The position numbers and the translations under genes were made by a program. This document shows positions 13,930 to 26,292 of a DNA stretch of 64,000 bases, one piece after another (position 1 is the stretch's first letter; each line of letters opens with the position of its first letter). The stretch covers positions 9,930,872 to 9,994,871 of the forward strand of contig NC_057718.1 in NCBI RefSeq assembly GCF_004010195.1. Reading direction: 5' to 3'. A model generated the notes under the pieces. That model saw only the letters and a list, made by a program, of their open reading frames with translations. It ran no database searches and was not told the DNA's origin. Source of the stretch: Chiloscyllium plagiosum. Lineage: Eukaryota.

Positions 13930-15050
13930 TCCTGGACAGTCTCAGATTCCTCCCTCCCCTTCCTCGACCTTTCTATTTCTATCTCAGGCGACCGAATCAA
14001 CAAACCGACCAACTCCCACAGCTACCTGGACTACACCTCCTCCCACCCTGCCCCCTGTAAAAACGCCATCCCATTCTCCCAATTCCTTCGTCTCTGCCGC
14101 ATCTGCTCCCAGGAGGACCCGTTCCAAAAACGTACAACCCAGATGGCCTCCTTCTTCAAGGACCGCAATTTCCCCCCCCGACGTGGTCGACGATNNNNNN
14201 NNNNNNNNNNNNNNNNNNNNNNNNNNNNNNNNNNNNNNNNNNNNNNNNNNNNNNNNNNNNNNNNNNNNNNNNNNNNNNNNNNNNNNNNNNNNNNNNNNNN
14301 NNNNNNNNNNNNNNNNNNNNNNNNNNNNNNNNNNNNNNNNNNNNNNNNNNNNNNNNNNNNNNNNNNNNNNNNNNNNNNNNNNNNNNNNNNNNNNNNNNNN
14401 NNNNNNNNNNNNNNNNNNNNNNNNNNNNNNNNNNNNNNNNNNNNNNNNNNNNNNNNNNNNNNNNNNNNNNNNNNNNNNNNNNNNNNNNNNNNNNNNNNNN
14501 NNNNNNNNNNNNNNNNNNNNNNNNNNNNNNNNNNNNNNNNNNNNNNNNNNNNNNNNNNNNNNNNNNNNNNNNNNNNNNNNNNNNNNNNNNNNNNNNNNNN
14601 NNNNNNNNNNNNNNNNNNNNNNNNNNNNNNNNNNNNNNNNNNNNNNNNNNNNNNNNNNNNNNNNNNNNNNNNNNNNNNNNNNNNNNNNNNNNNNNNNNNN
14701 NNNNNNNNNNNNNNNNNNNNNNNNNNNNNNNNNNNNNNNNNNNNNNNNNNNNNNNNNNNNNNNNNNNNNNNNNNNNNNNNNNNNNNNNNNNNNNNNNNNN
14801 NNNNNNNNNNNNNNNNNNNNNNNNNNNNNNACCTCTTTCCACCTATCACATTTCTGACGCCCCTCCCCCAAGTCCCTCCTCCCTACCTTTTATCTTAGCC
14901 TGCTGGACAAACTTTCCTCATTCCTGAAGAAGGGCTTATGCCCGAAACGTCGATTCTCCTGTTCCCTGGATGCTGCCTGACCTGCTGCTCTTTTCTAGCA
15001 ACACATTTTCAGCTCTGATCTCCAGTATCTGCAGACCCCACTTTCTCCTC
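13930..15050 (+). mobile_element. PLE family A insertion (contains an assembly gap) with hammerhead motif at 14920-14955
   Basis: WTVSDSSLPFLDLSISISGDRIN...KPTNSHSYLDYTSSHP; its 3' end is nearly identical to 2315-2498 plus the tail gatctccag.atctgcagac...actttctcc. It splits the CR1 FADD motif region. Confidence 0.88.
14195..14830. other. Assembly gap (N run)
   Basis: Run of n. Confidence 1.
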
Positions 15051-15895
15051 AAAGTCATCTGCAAACCCACCAACTATACCTCCCATGTTCACATCCAAAT
15101 CATTTATATAAATGACGAAAAGCAGTGGACCCAACAGTGATCTTTGCGGCACTCCACCAATCACAGGCCTCCAGTCTGAAAAACAAACCACCACCCTGTG
15201 TCTTCTACCCGCAAGCCAGTTCTGTATCCAAATGGTCAGTTCTCTCTATATACCAGGAGACCTAACCTTGCTAACCAGTGTCCCATGGGGAACCCCGTCG
15301 AACACCCCACTGAAGAGCATACAGATCATATCCACCACTCTGCCCTCATCAATCCTGTTTGTCACTTTTTCAAAGAACTCAACCAAGTTCACGAGGCATG
15401 ATTTCCCCACGCCCAAAGCCATGTTGACCATCCCAAATCAGTCTTGCCTTTCCAAATATGTGCAATTCCTGTCCCTCAGAATTCCCTCCAACAACTTGCC
15501 CACCACCGACGTCAGGCTCACCAGTCCACAGTTCCTTGGCTTGTCCTTACCACCCTTTTTTTTTAAACAGTGGCACCACGTTAGCCAATTTCCAGTCTTC
15601 CAGCACCTCACATGCGACTATTGATGATACAAATATCTCAACAAGGGGCCCAGCAATCACTTCCCTAGCTTCCCACAGAGTTCTCGGCTACACCTGATCA
15701 GGTCCTGGGGATTTATCCACCTTTTATGTGTTTCAAGACATCCAGCACTTCCTCCTCTGTAATACGGACATTTTTTCAAGATGTCACCATCTATTTCCCT
15801 ACATTCTATATCTTCCATGTCCTTCTCCACAGTAAATACTGATGCAAAATACTGGTTTAATATCTCCCCTTCTCCTGTGGCTCCACACCAAGGCC

Positions 15896-17425
15896 TACGT
15901 TCGTGACACCACCCACGCCCTCCACCTCCTCCAGGATTTCCGCTTCCCCGGTCCCCAACGCCTCATCTTCACCATGGACATCCAGTCCCTGTACACCTCC
16001 ATCCCCCATCACGAAGGACTCAAAGCACTCCGCTTCTTCCTTTCCCGCCGTACCACCCAGTACCCTTCCACCGACTCTTTCTGTGGCCATAACAGTTACT
16101 ATATAAATGCAATTTAATTTTAATAACTCAATAGTTACTCATAGAAATCTAATGTTATATCACTGGGATGCTTTTTTGCCATTATTATGGCAATAATGTT
16201 TTTTTCAAATTTAAAAAAAAGTTATGATATTTCAGCTACTTTAATCCCATGTGTATCACTGATGATTTGTATTTACTCTGTGGAAATTTTAATTGAGTAG
16301 AAGATTTTACTGCATTTTACTTTCTGATTTGCTGTTTGAGAATACTTCAGTGTAATTGGCTGCCAACTCCCTGCGGTGATATCACTGTTACTGTATGCCT
16401 AGTGTTTGTCTTGATCTTGCACATATCAAGAAAGGGAAACTTCATGCCTCAGAGATCACTAGATAGCAGAAAATCCCTTTAATACTTCAAAGTACTCTTT
16501 TGGTATGATCCTAGATATTGAATATTGTTAGATATTATTACTGGAGCGAATCATAGATTTACATTTAAATAGTTCCCATTTCTGTCTTTGTTCACTCCTT
16601 TCCTCAGCAATATTTTGTGTTTGATTTTGTCTACTTTCTGTGGTTTTATTTACCCTAATGAAGAAGAGCATATCTTCTCAACATCACAACTATTGATCTC
16701 ACCCTGCTTGGCTGTTGTATGGAACCCCCTACGTGTTAACCCCTTAAAGCCAAATACATAACAATATTGTCAAATTTGATGGAATTTTAATGCATTTACT
16801 TTAGGGGAAATTTGGCATGTTAATATGCTGCAGTTTTTCTTATCTGCGATGTTTTGTGTTATGTTGCTGAAAATATTACTGATGAAATACTTAGCAGTTG
16901 TAGTAAAATCATGCGTATACTTAGGATGAAGAAGATTATGAGTACCACATATGCTTGGTCCAGTTCTTGTTGGATTCATTTGGATATCAAAGTTGAAACT
17001 TTATTGCTGGAACAGCACAGCAGGTCAGGCAGCATCCAGGGAACAGGAGATTCGACGTTTCGGGCACAGGCCCTTCTTCAGGAATGAGCAGAGAGTGTTC
17101 AGCAGGAGAAGATAAAAGGGATCCTTCCAGCCCGGCACCGCCTTCCTGGCCTGCAGTCTTCTTCTTGACCTCTCCGCCTCCATCCTACTCCGACCTATCA
17201 CCCTCACCTTGACCTCTTTCCACCTATCACATTTCCAACGCCCCTCCTCCAAGTCCCTCCTCCCTACCTTTTATCTTCTCCTGCTGAACACTCTCTGCTC
17301 ATTCCTGAAGAAGGGCCTGTGCCCGAAACGTCGAATCTCCTGTTCCCTGGATGCTGCCTGACCTGCTGTGCTGTTCCAGCAATAAAGTTTCAACTTTGAT
17401 CTCCAGCATCTGCAGACCTCACTTT
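15896..17425 (+). mobile_element. Composite PLE insertion: RT fragment + ~0.9 kb non-PLE DNA + inverted terminal-repeat module
   Basis: 15-bp TSD ctccacaccaaggcc at 15881-15895 and 17426-17440, with the CR1 continuing on both sides. RT motif YVRDTTHALHLLQDF...FTMDIQSLYTSIPH at 15896-16075. 134-bp inverted repeats at 16986-17119 and 17267-17400. Confidence 0.85.
17301..17336 (+). ncRNA. Minimal hammerhead motif with perfect stem I; antisense twin at 17050-17085
   Basis: ATTC CTGAAGA a GGGC ctgt GCCC GAAA CGTC GAAT; predicted cleavage after 17332. Confidence 0.85.
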
Positions 17426-18849
17426 CTCCACACCAAGGCCACCTTGCTGATCTTTGAGAGGCCCTATTCTTTCCCTAGTTACCCTTTTGTCCTTAGTGTA
17501 TTTGTAAAAACCCTTTGGATTCTCCTTAATTCTATTTGCTAAAACTATTTCATTTCCCCTTTTTTCCCCTACTGATTTCCTTCTTAAGTATACTCCTACC
17601 TCCTTTATACTCTTCCAAGGATTCACTCGATCTCTTCTGTCTATATCATCTGACATATGCTTCCTCCTTATTTCTTAACCAAACCCTCAATTTCTTTAGT
17701 CATCAAGCATTCCCTATACCTACCAGCCTTTCCTTTCACCCGATGAGGAATATGCTATCTCTGGACTCTTGTTATCTTATTTTTGAAGGCTTCCCACTTT
17801 CCAGCTGTCCCTTTACCTGCGAACATCTGCCCCAATTAGTTTTTGAAAGTTCTTGCCTAATAACCGTCAAAATTAGCCTTTCTCCAATTTAGAACTTCAA
17901 CTTTTAGATCTGGTCTATCCTTTTCCATCACTATTTTAAAATGAATAGAATTATGGTCGCTGGCCCCAAAGTGCTCCCCCATCGACACCTCAGTCACCTG
18001 CCCTGCCTTATTTCCCAAGAGTCGGTCAAGTTTTGCACCTTCTCTAGTAGGTACATCCACATACTGAATCAGAAAAGTTTCTTGTACACCCTTAACAAAT
18101 GCCTCTCCATCTAAACCCTTAACACAATGGCAGTCCCAATCTATGTTTGGTGAGTTAAAATCCCCTACCATAATCACCTTATTATTCTTATAGATAACTG
18201 AAATCTGCTTTCAAATTTGTTTCTCAATTTCCCTCTGACTATTAGGGGGTCTATAATACAATCCCAATAAGGAATCATTCCTTTCTTATTACGCAGTTTC
18301 ACCCAAATAACTTCCCTGGATGTATTTTCAGTTATATCCTCCCTAAGTACAGCTGTAATGCTATCCCCTATCAAAACACCACTCCCCTCCACTCTTGCCT
18401 CCTTTTCTATCTTGGAACATTAAGCTGCTAGTCCTATCCATCCCTGAGCCACGTTTCTGTAATTGGTATGATATCCCAATCCTAACCATGCCCTGCATTA
18501 ATCTGCCCTCCCAAATAGGCCTCTTGCATTGAAGTAAATGCAGTTTAATTTATTAGTCCTACCTTGTCCCTGCCTGCCCTGACTGTTTGACCTACTTCTT
18601 TTCTGAACTGTACCAGTCTGAAATTGATCTCTTTCCTCTGTATCTCCCTGAGTCCCACCCATCTCCTTACTAGCTTAAATCCTCCTGAGCAGCTCTAGCA
18701 AATTTCCCTGCCAGTATATTAGTCCCCTTCCAATTTAGGTGCAATCCATCCTTCTCGTACAAGTCACTTCTACCCCAGAAGAGATTCCAATGATCCAAAA
18801 ATATGATTCCTTCTCCCATACACCAGTTCCTCAGCCATGCATTTATCTG

Positions 18850-19247
18850 GGCGAAAGTCTAGATTAGAGTGGTGCTGGAAAAACACAGCAGGTCAGGCAG
18901 CATCAGAGGAGCAGAGAAATCGATGTTTCGGGCAAAAGCCCTTCATCAGGAGTGAGTTAGAGAGCGGGGAAATGAGGAAACTGGTGAAGTCCACATTGAT
19001 GCCCTGGGGTTGAAGTGTTCTGAGGCAGAAGGTGAGGCGTCAGGTGGTGTGGGAGTGGCGGGGGAGGCGGCCCAGGACCTGCATGTCCTCAGCAGACTGG
19101 GAGGGGGGGTTGAAACGTTCGGCCATGGGGCGGTGGGTTTGATTGTGCGGTTGTCCTGGAGATGTTCCCTAAAGCACTCTGCGAGAAGGCGTCCAGTCTC
19201 CCCAGTGAAAAGGAGACCACATCGGGAGCAACGGATACAATACTTTT
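18850..19247 (-). mobile_element. Internally deleted PLE (GIY-YIG remnant + hammerhead terminus) inserted in CR1 ORF1
   Basis: YCIRCSRCGLLFTGETGRLLAECFREHL; terminus ctgatgaagggcttttgcccgaaac on -; 16-bp TSD gccatgcatt(t/c)atctg at 18834-18849 and 19248-19263. Confidence 0.85.
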
Positions 19248-20038
19248 GCCATGCATTCATCTGCTCTATCCTCGTATTCCTAATCACAGAGCCTCCGTGC
19301 TGCCCCTTGGTGTATACATCCAAGTTGCTACTGTCACATTGCTGATTGAGAGATGCAGATATACACAAATGACCATTTTATAAAATTATTTAATGGGAAT
19401 TAGATGTCATCAGGATATGTGTTTCCATTTCTAATTACCCTTGAATTGAGTGACTTGCTCTGTCATTTCAGAAGGTAGTTATGATTCAACCATAATGCTG
19501 GAGGTCTGCAGTCACATGTAGGCCAGACCAAGTAAGAATGGCACATTAGTTTCAGTATTACAATGTTAGGTTGCTGCACTGTTTCCTGACAGATGTGATG
19601 TAGAGTCCCTCCACGGTTGACTCTGCTCTGCACTGGGATTCAGAATAAATGATTTTATTAATGCATCCACAAACATGTAGGGAGTGCAAAGTATGCAACC
19701 CTGCTTTTCCTTAAAAACAAGGTGATACTGAGATTCACTTACTTTTTAGTACATTATTGTTTATTCAGTTACAACATAGTCATACATTGCAGCCATTGTA
19801 GTTTAATACCCAGTATACATAAAGCACAGATATCAAGCAATCTTGAGTTTTGAATTCTGAAGGAGTCCAAGAATATAGGAATACACGGTGTAAGTGCATT
19901 TGTGGTAGAAGATCATGTGTTAACGATGGAGAAGGTTTGAGGGTCTTGATGGTTATCTTTGGGGATAGGATTTTCACTCCTTTCTAAATAAAAGGTGGTG
20001 TACAAATGCTGGTTGCTGCTAGGTCAAGGTGAATGATG

Positions 20039-20262
20039 GTCAAGATTAGAGTGGCGCTGGAAAAGCACAGCAGGACAGGCAGCATCAGAGGAGCAGGAAA
20101 ATCGACGTTTCGGGCAAAAGCCCTTCATCAAGAATTCCTGATGAAGGGCTTTTGCCCGAAACATCGATTTTTCTGCTCCTCTGCTGCCTGGCCTGCTGTT
20201 CTTTTCCAGCGCCACTCTAATCTTGACTCTAATCTCCAGCATCTGCAGTTCCCACCTCCGCC
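20039..20262. mobile_element. Family A PLE palindromic mini-element
   Basis: Near-perfect inverted repeat 20039-20227 centred on gaattc (20132-20137), with two back-to-back hammerhead cores and the tail ctccagcatctgcag on the right only. Confidence 0.85.
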
Positions 20263-20411
20263 AATGTCAATGATAGCAATAAAAGGGAACACTTATCACA
20301 ATCAGTCTTATTGAAAGTTCTACTACTCTAACGCCTTGTTAATGTGTTTTACTGCTGCAGAGTGCAGTGGAAACTGGTCAGGTAAACATAGCATCTTCTG
20401 GCAGCAGATGT

Positions 20412-20725
20412 AGTCACAGAGTCATAGAGATGTACAACACAGAAACAGACACTATTCGTGTACCCTTCCAGATGCCTTTTAAATGTTGTAATTGTTCCAG
20501 CATCCACCACTTCCTCTGGCAGCTCATTTCATACCTGCACCACCCTCTACATGAAAAGGTTGCCCCTTGGGTTCCTTTTAAAAATTTCCTCTCTCATCTT
20601 AAATCTATGCCCTCTAGTTTTGAACTCTCCTAACCTTGGAAAATTACCTTGTCTATTCACTCTATCCATGCCCTTCACGATTTTATAAACCTGTAAAAGT
20701 CACTGCTCAACCTCCAATGTTCCAT
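20412..20725 (-). mobile_element. CR1 3' fragment
   Basis: Typical CR1 3'UTR/ORF2 end (ccacttcctctggcagctcatt; ttttataaacct). Confidence 0.8.
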
Positions 20726-20966
20726 AGTTCTAAAAGCCCAAATGAATTGAATGACAGAGGATAGTTAATTCGATTCTGGCGACAGTGGGTGGCTTCAGTT
20801 GAATTGTGGCAATCTTGTGTGTTTCTATTCTGGCTTCCCGTGGAAGAACTTCCTGCTTGTGATGTTGGTTCTCAAATTTTGTTTGGTTTGAAATGATTCC
20901 AAATTGGCTCATCCTTATCTCTCTAGCAAAAGAAATCCTTCTTTGTTGCTGAGTCCAGAAAAGAAG

Positions 20967-21290
20967 ATTAGATTAGATTAGATTAGATTACTTACAGTGT
21001 GGAAACAGGCCCTTCGGCCCAACAAGTCCACACCGACCCGGCGAAGCGCAACCCACCCATACCCCTACATTTACCCCTTCACCTAACACTACGGGCAATT
21101 TAGCATGGTCAATTCACCTAACCTGCACATCTTTGGACTGTGGGAGGAAACCAGAGCACCCAGAGGAAACCCACGCAGACACGGGGAGGATGTGCAAACT
21201 CCACACAGTCAGTCGCCTGAGGTGGGAATTGAACCCAGGTCTCTGGCGCTGTGAGGCAGCAGTGCTAACCACCGTGCCACCGTGCCGCCC
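20967..21290 (-). mobile_element. Young full-length HE1-type SINE
   Basis: Starts gggcggcacggtggcacggtggttagcactgctgcctcacagcgcc (A box), has a gggttcaattccc B box and a (TCTAA)n tail; aagaag flanks at 20961-20966 and 21291-21296. Confidence 0.92.
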
Positions 21291-21659
21291 AAGAAGCTTG
21301 GCTATTGAACCAAGGTGAGGCAGGAGGGAGGTATTGCATTTTGAAAGACAAATTGCATCATGTTTCTCTCAGTAACCAGCAAATGAACAGAAACTCTGAC
21401 TGACAGCTCCTCTCACTAACCCAGAGAGAGGCCTCAAAGTATCTACACGACAAATCTTTTCTAGATTAGGGATAGGGCCGGGTCTGGGAGTTATCACACT
21501 ACAGGAGACATTCATCAGTGAAGCGCTCGCTCTGGTACCTACAGTCCACCTACACATTGAGCAGTTCTTGGCTCTCCCATACGCACATTATTCTCAACCT
21601 GGTGGACAGCTTTTTGTATCTGTACATCCTCCTCCTGGCTAATTAAGAAATACAGTCAA

Positions 21660-22085
21660 ACAAATCAAGAGCGACAGGAGGCTATTCAGTCCCTCAAGCT
21701 TGCTCTGATCTTCAATACGATCTTGACTGATCTGATTATTACTTCAAATCCCCATTCTTGTCCACCCCCGATTACTTTTCAGCCCCCAGCTTGACAAGGA
21801 TCTGTCTTAAAAATATTCAAGATGTCCACTTGTACCACTTTTCAGGAAGAAAGTTTCAAAAACTCCCGACCTTCCAAGACAGAAACCTTTGACCTAATCT
21901 CTGTTCTAAATGGATTTTAAAACCGTGCCCTCAGTTCCAGATTCTTCCATAATCTTCTCTGTGAAGAAAAGGACCCATCAGGCTCTTGTATTTCAAAAAA
22001 GTCCCCTCTTACAGTTCTGAACTCGAGTAGCTACAAGCTTAGCCTGTCCAACCATTCCTCATAAGAACATTAATAACATCCTGTG
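21660..22085 (-). mobile_element. Old CR1 3' fragment
   Basis: Decayed caggaggctattcagtccctcaag...cctgtccaaccattcctcataaga. Confidence 0.6.
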
Positions 22086-22245
22086 TCGTTAGCACACCAT
22101 GCATGTAGTACAGTCTGATTCTATGTATTCAGTGTTGAGACAGAACTAAGGGCCATACAAATAGGGTAGACGTTCATACATCCATCAAAGAATTCAAGGA
22201 AAGAACCTTCTTCAAATGAGTGGTGGGAATTTGGGCTCTCAACTG

Positions 22246-22248
<3 letters not shown>

Positions 22249-22290
<42 letters not shown>
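22249..22290. repeat. (TG)21 microsatellite
   Basis: Direct reading. Confidence 0.95.
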
Positions 22291-22292
<2 letters not shown>

Positions 22293-22452
22293 GGAGATAG
22301 TAGATCCATTGAAGGATCTTGAGGGAGAACAGGATGAGAGGATACATTGATCAGAATGACGTGAAGAGGGGAAGGAGGAGGCTCTTATGAAGTATAAAAA
22401 CTGGACGGCCGGTTTAACCTATTTCTGTGTAAGCAAAGTTGACACGTCAAGT

Positions 22453-22637
22453 AGATTAGATTTTATTTTAGATTAGATTAGATTCCCTACCGTGTGGAAA
22501 CAGGCCCTTCAGCCCCACCAGTCCACACCAACCCTCCAAAGAGTAACCCACCCAGACCCATTTCCCTCTGACTAGTGCACCTAACACTGTGGACAATTTA
22601 GCATGGCCAATTGATCTGACCTGCACATCTTTGGACT
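22453..22637 (-). mobile_element. HE1-type SINE 3' half
   Basis: (TTAGA)n followed by gtgtggaaacaggccc...ctgcacatctttggact. Confidence 0.82.
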
Positions 22638-23299
22638 AATAATTTGAGTACCAGTGAATGAGATATCATTGTATGCTGTTTTGTTATAAAGCGCGCCATC
22701 ATTGTTCATTGGATCAAAGACCCTGCAACGTTCTTCCTAACAACACTGAGAGTTTCCCAACACCCCAAGGAATGCAATGGTTTTCCACTGCCTACTTCAG
22801 AGCAATTGGGGATGAATAATAAATTCTGGCCTTGCCAGTGATGCCTCTATCCATGAAAGGATAAATAACAAAAGGTCTGTTCAGTCGGTGCCTTAGTGCT
22901 GTGTGCTTTACCCCTTTCTATTTGAATGTATTTGCATATTCAAATATTTGCTTCAGGATGAGCAGAATGTTTGATTTAGAAACCAGTTCTTTTTGGAGTT
23001 GGGAACAGCTGTGTGACTGGGGTTGTGTTGATCTTGTACAGTGCAGGAGGACACGAAACCACCCATTGTGTAGGTACTGACACTTTGCAAGAGCTCTCCG
23101 ATTCATCCCTCTCTTTACAATTGCCCTGCAGACTTCTCCTTTTCTAGTGTATAGGGGTCCCCATGAAGGACTCTCCTTCTCAACCTCTCCTCTTCACGTG
23201 AGGCATGGTGACCCTCAGGTTAAACCACTACCAGTTGCCTCTCTCTAATGAGAGAACAGCCCTATAGTTCAGTGGACTATGGTGACTTTCTCTCTATAA

Positions 23300-23727
23300 A
23301 ATCATAGAATCCCAGTGTGGAAGCAGGTTATTTGGTCCATCAAGTGTGCATCTTACCCATAGCCACACTCCTACCCTACCTCTGTAACCCTGCCTTTTCC
23401 ATGGCTAACCCACATAACCTGCACGTCTTGGGCTGAAGGAGGAAACCGGAGCACCTGGAGGAAACGCACGCTTGGTCCATCAAGTGTGCATCTTACCCAT
23501 AGCCACACTCCTACCCTACCTCTGTAACCCTGCCTTTTCCATGGCTAACCCACATAACCTGCACATCTTGGGCTGAAGGAGGAAACCGGAGCACCTGGAG
23601 GAAACCCACGCAGACACAAGAAGAATGTGCCAACTTCACACAGACAGTTGCCCAAGGCTGGCATAGAGCCCAAGTCCCTGGCACTGTGAGGCAGCAGTGC
23701 TAACCACTGAGCCACAGTGCTGCCCAT
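23300..23727 (-). mobile_element. HE1-type SINE with an internal 140-bp tandem duplication
   Basis: Units 23332-23471 and 23472-23611 are nearly identical. Confidence 0.88.
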
Positions 23728-24169
23728 AATGTAAATAAATATAAACAGAGGATACAAAAAAAGAGGATATGATATACTTTTATTTTAAAAAAACTGATTT
23801 GATCTCAAGTGGAGCATTGTGTCCATTTCTGGGAACATATTTTTGGCAGGATGTAGAGGCTTTACAGAGGATTCAGGATAGATTTACAAGACTGCTTCCA
23901 GGTGTAAGGGACCAGATATCTTTCCTTTTGGCTATAAACTGGAATAAATTCGGACACTGCTACATAGCCAAAAAACAAGGAAAGCTTTTTGACTTGAAAA
24001 TGATTAGCTATGCATGTTTAGCTACTTTGGAGCCTGAGATTATTACATCACTGAGACACTGCAATTGGAATGGTCCAGTTGCAGTTTGTTGCAGATTTCT
24101 GAGGGCAAAATAACCAGAAAACCGATAAAAGTTCTCTTCCTGCTGTCTGTCAAAGTGGAAACTTGAAAG

Positions 24170-25248
24170 AATTATGATAGTAGAAAGACCCAGGTCCACC
24201 AGTCAGCTGTCAAATCGAAGAATGACCATAGTGCTGCAATCAGCAGCGTATCATCATTGCTAAATCCAAATAATTACTGGTAGGGTCCTGGGTAGAGTCA
24301 TAGAGATGTACAGCATGGAAACAGATCCTTTGGTCCACCAACTCATCCATTGCCAACCAGATAGTCCCTCTTGCCAGCACTTGGCCCATATCCTTCCAAA
24401 CCTTTCCTATTCATATACCCATCCAGATGCCTTTTAAATGTAATTGTACCAACCTCCACCACTTCCTCTGGCAGCACATTCCACACACGCAGAGGATGTT
24501 GCCTGGTATGGAAGGAAGATCGTATGAGGATAGACTGAGACACTTGGGGCTGTTTTCATTAGAGAAAAGAAGGTTTAGGGGTGACTTGATTGAGGTGTAC
24601 AAGATGATTAGGGGGTTAGATAGGGTTGACAGTGTGAACCTTTTCCCGCGTATGGAGTCGGGTATTACAAGGGGGCATAGCTTTAAATTAAGGGGGGGTA
24701 GATATAGGACTGAAGTTAGGGGTAGGTTCTTCACTCAGCGAGTCGTAAGTTCATGGAATGCCCTGCCAGTAGCAGTGGTGGACTCTCCCTCTTTATGGGC
24801 ATTTAAGCGGGCATTGGATAGGTATATGGAGGATAGTGGGTTAGTATAGGTTAGGTGAGCTTGGATCGGCGCAACATCGAGGGCCAAAGGGCCTGTACTG
24901 CGCTGTATTCTTCTATGTTCTATGTAATTATGATAGTAGAAAGACCCAGGTCCACCAGTCAGCTGTCAAATCGAAGAATGACCGTAGTGCTGCAATCAGC
25001 AGCGTATCATCATTGCTAAATCCAAATAATTACTGATAGGGTCCTGGGTAGAGTCATAGAGATGTACAGCATGGAAACAGATCCTTTGGTCCACCAACTC
25101 ATCCATTGCCAACCAGATAGTCCCTCTTGCCAGCACTTGGCCCATATCCCTCCAAACCTTTCCTATTCATATACCCATCCAGATGCCTTTTAAATGTAAT
25201 TGTACCAACCTCCACCACTTCCTCTGGCAGCACATTCCACACATGCAG
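24170..25248. repeat. 323-bp direct duplication (24170-24492 and 24926-25248) flanking the young CR1
   Basis: Both copies run from aattatgatagtagaaagacc to ccacaca(c/t)gcag; I count four substitutions. Confidence 0.92.
24493..24925 (+). mobile_element. Young 5'-truncated CR1 with an open ORF2 C-terminus and ttctatg-repeat tail
   Basis: RMLPGMEGRSYEDRLRHLGLFSLEKRRFRGDLIEVYKMIRG...FKRALDRYMEDSGLV*; tail ttcttctatgttctatgt. Confidence 0.92.
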
Positions 25249-25468
25249 CACCCTCTGCGTGAAAAAGTTGCCCCTTAGGTCTCATTTAAATCTTTCTCCC
25301 CTCACCCTAAACCTATGCGCCCTAGTTCTGGTCTCCCCCACCCCAGGGAAAATACCTTGTCTATTTATCCTATCCATGCCCCTGATAATTTTATAAACCT
25401 CTATAAGATCACCCCTCAGCCTCCGATGCTCCAGGGAAAACAGCCTTAGCCTATTAAACCTCTCCCAA
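25050..25468 (-). mobile_element. CR1 3' fragment
   Basis: RLRLFSLEHRRLRGDLIEVYKIIRGMDRINRQGIFP. Confidence 0.85.
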
Positions 25469-25484
25469 TAATTCAAATAGTGCT

Positions 25485-26292
25485 GTAGAACAGAACAACC
25501 CAGGGGTTCAGGTACATAACTCTTTGAAATTTGTCTCATGTAGACAGGGTGGTTAAGAAGGCGGTTAGCACACTTGTCGTCATTGCTCAGACCTTTGAGT
25601 GTAGAAGTTAGGAGGTCATGTTGCAGGACATTGGTGAGGTCTCTTCTGGAGTACTGGTCACCCTGTTGTCAAACTTGAGAGGGTTCTGAAAAGATTTTCC
25701 AGGATGTTGCTGGGAATGGAGGGTTTGAGATATAAAAATAGATTGGATGTTGCAGGACATTGGTGAGGTCTCTTCTGGAGTACTGGTCACCCTGTTGTCA
25801 AACTTGAGAGGGTTCAGAAAAGATTTTCCTGGATGTTGCGGGAATGGAGGGTTTGGGATATAAAAATAGATTGGAAAGACTGGGACTTTTTTTTTCCTGG
25901 CGTGTAGGAGGTTGAGGGGTGATCTTATAGAGGTTTATAAAATCATGAGAGGCATAGATAAGATGAATGACAAGAGTATTCTCCCTAGGGTGGAGGAGTT
26001 CAAAGCGAGAGGGTATACTTTTCAAGGTGAGAGGAGGAAGATTTAAAAAGGTCAGGAGGGGCAACCTTTTTACAGAGTGGGTTTGTGTGTGAAATAAACT
26101 GCCAGCAACAGTGGTAAATGCAGGTACAGTTGCAATGCTTAAAAGCTATTTGGATAAGTTCGTGAATAGGAAGGGTTTGGAAGGATATGGGCCAAACGCA
26201 GGCAGGTGGGACTAGTTTAATTTGGGAACATGGTCAGCATGGACTGGTTGAACTGAAGGGTCTGTTTCCATGCTGTATGACTGTATAACTCT
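25485..26292 (+). mobile_element. CR1 3' fragment with an internal ~129-bp tandem duplication
   Basis: Units 25618-25746 and 25747-25874; CR1 tail gtttccatgctgtatgactgtataactct. Confidence 0.85.

Larger units (their letters stand above)
13030..19295 (-). mobile_element. Long, decayed CR1 LINE (ORF1 esterase end, APE endonuclease, RT, 3'UTR) split by three PLE insertions
   Basis: ORF1: QINAWLRNWCMGEG...DLYEKDGLHLN (SGNH-like, ~18680-18849). APE: LNCIYFNARG (~18520-18550), [47 protein letters not shown]...FADD (~15050-15190). 3' tail at ~13030. Confidence 0.92.

Noticed and set aside
13901..14898. Long ORFs of 228-318 aa
   Set aside because: They run through the N gap; the real parts are PLE fragments.
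20039..20227. Hairpins read as DNA-transposon MITEs or CRISPR-like repeats
   Set aside because: The arms are the same sequence that terminates RT/GIY-YIG-coding PLE copies, and there is no repeat-spacer periodicity or cas gene.
20967..21290. tRNA-like A/B box sequences
   Set aside because: These are SINE heads without a full cloverleaf, not tRNA genes.
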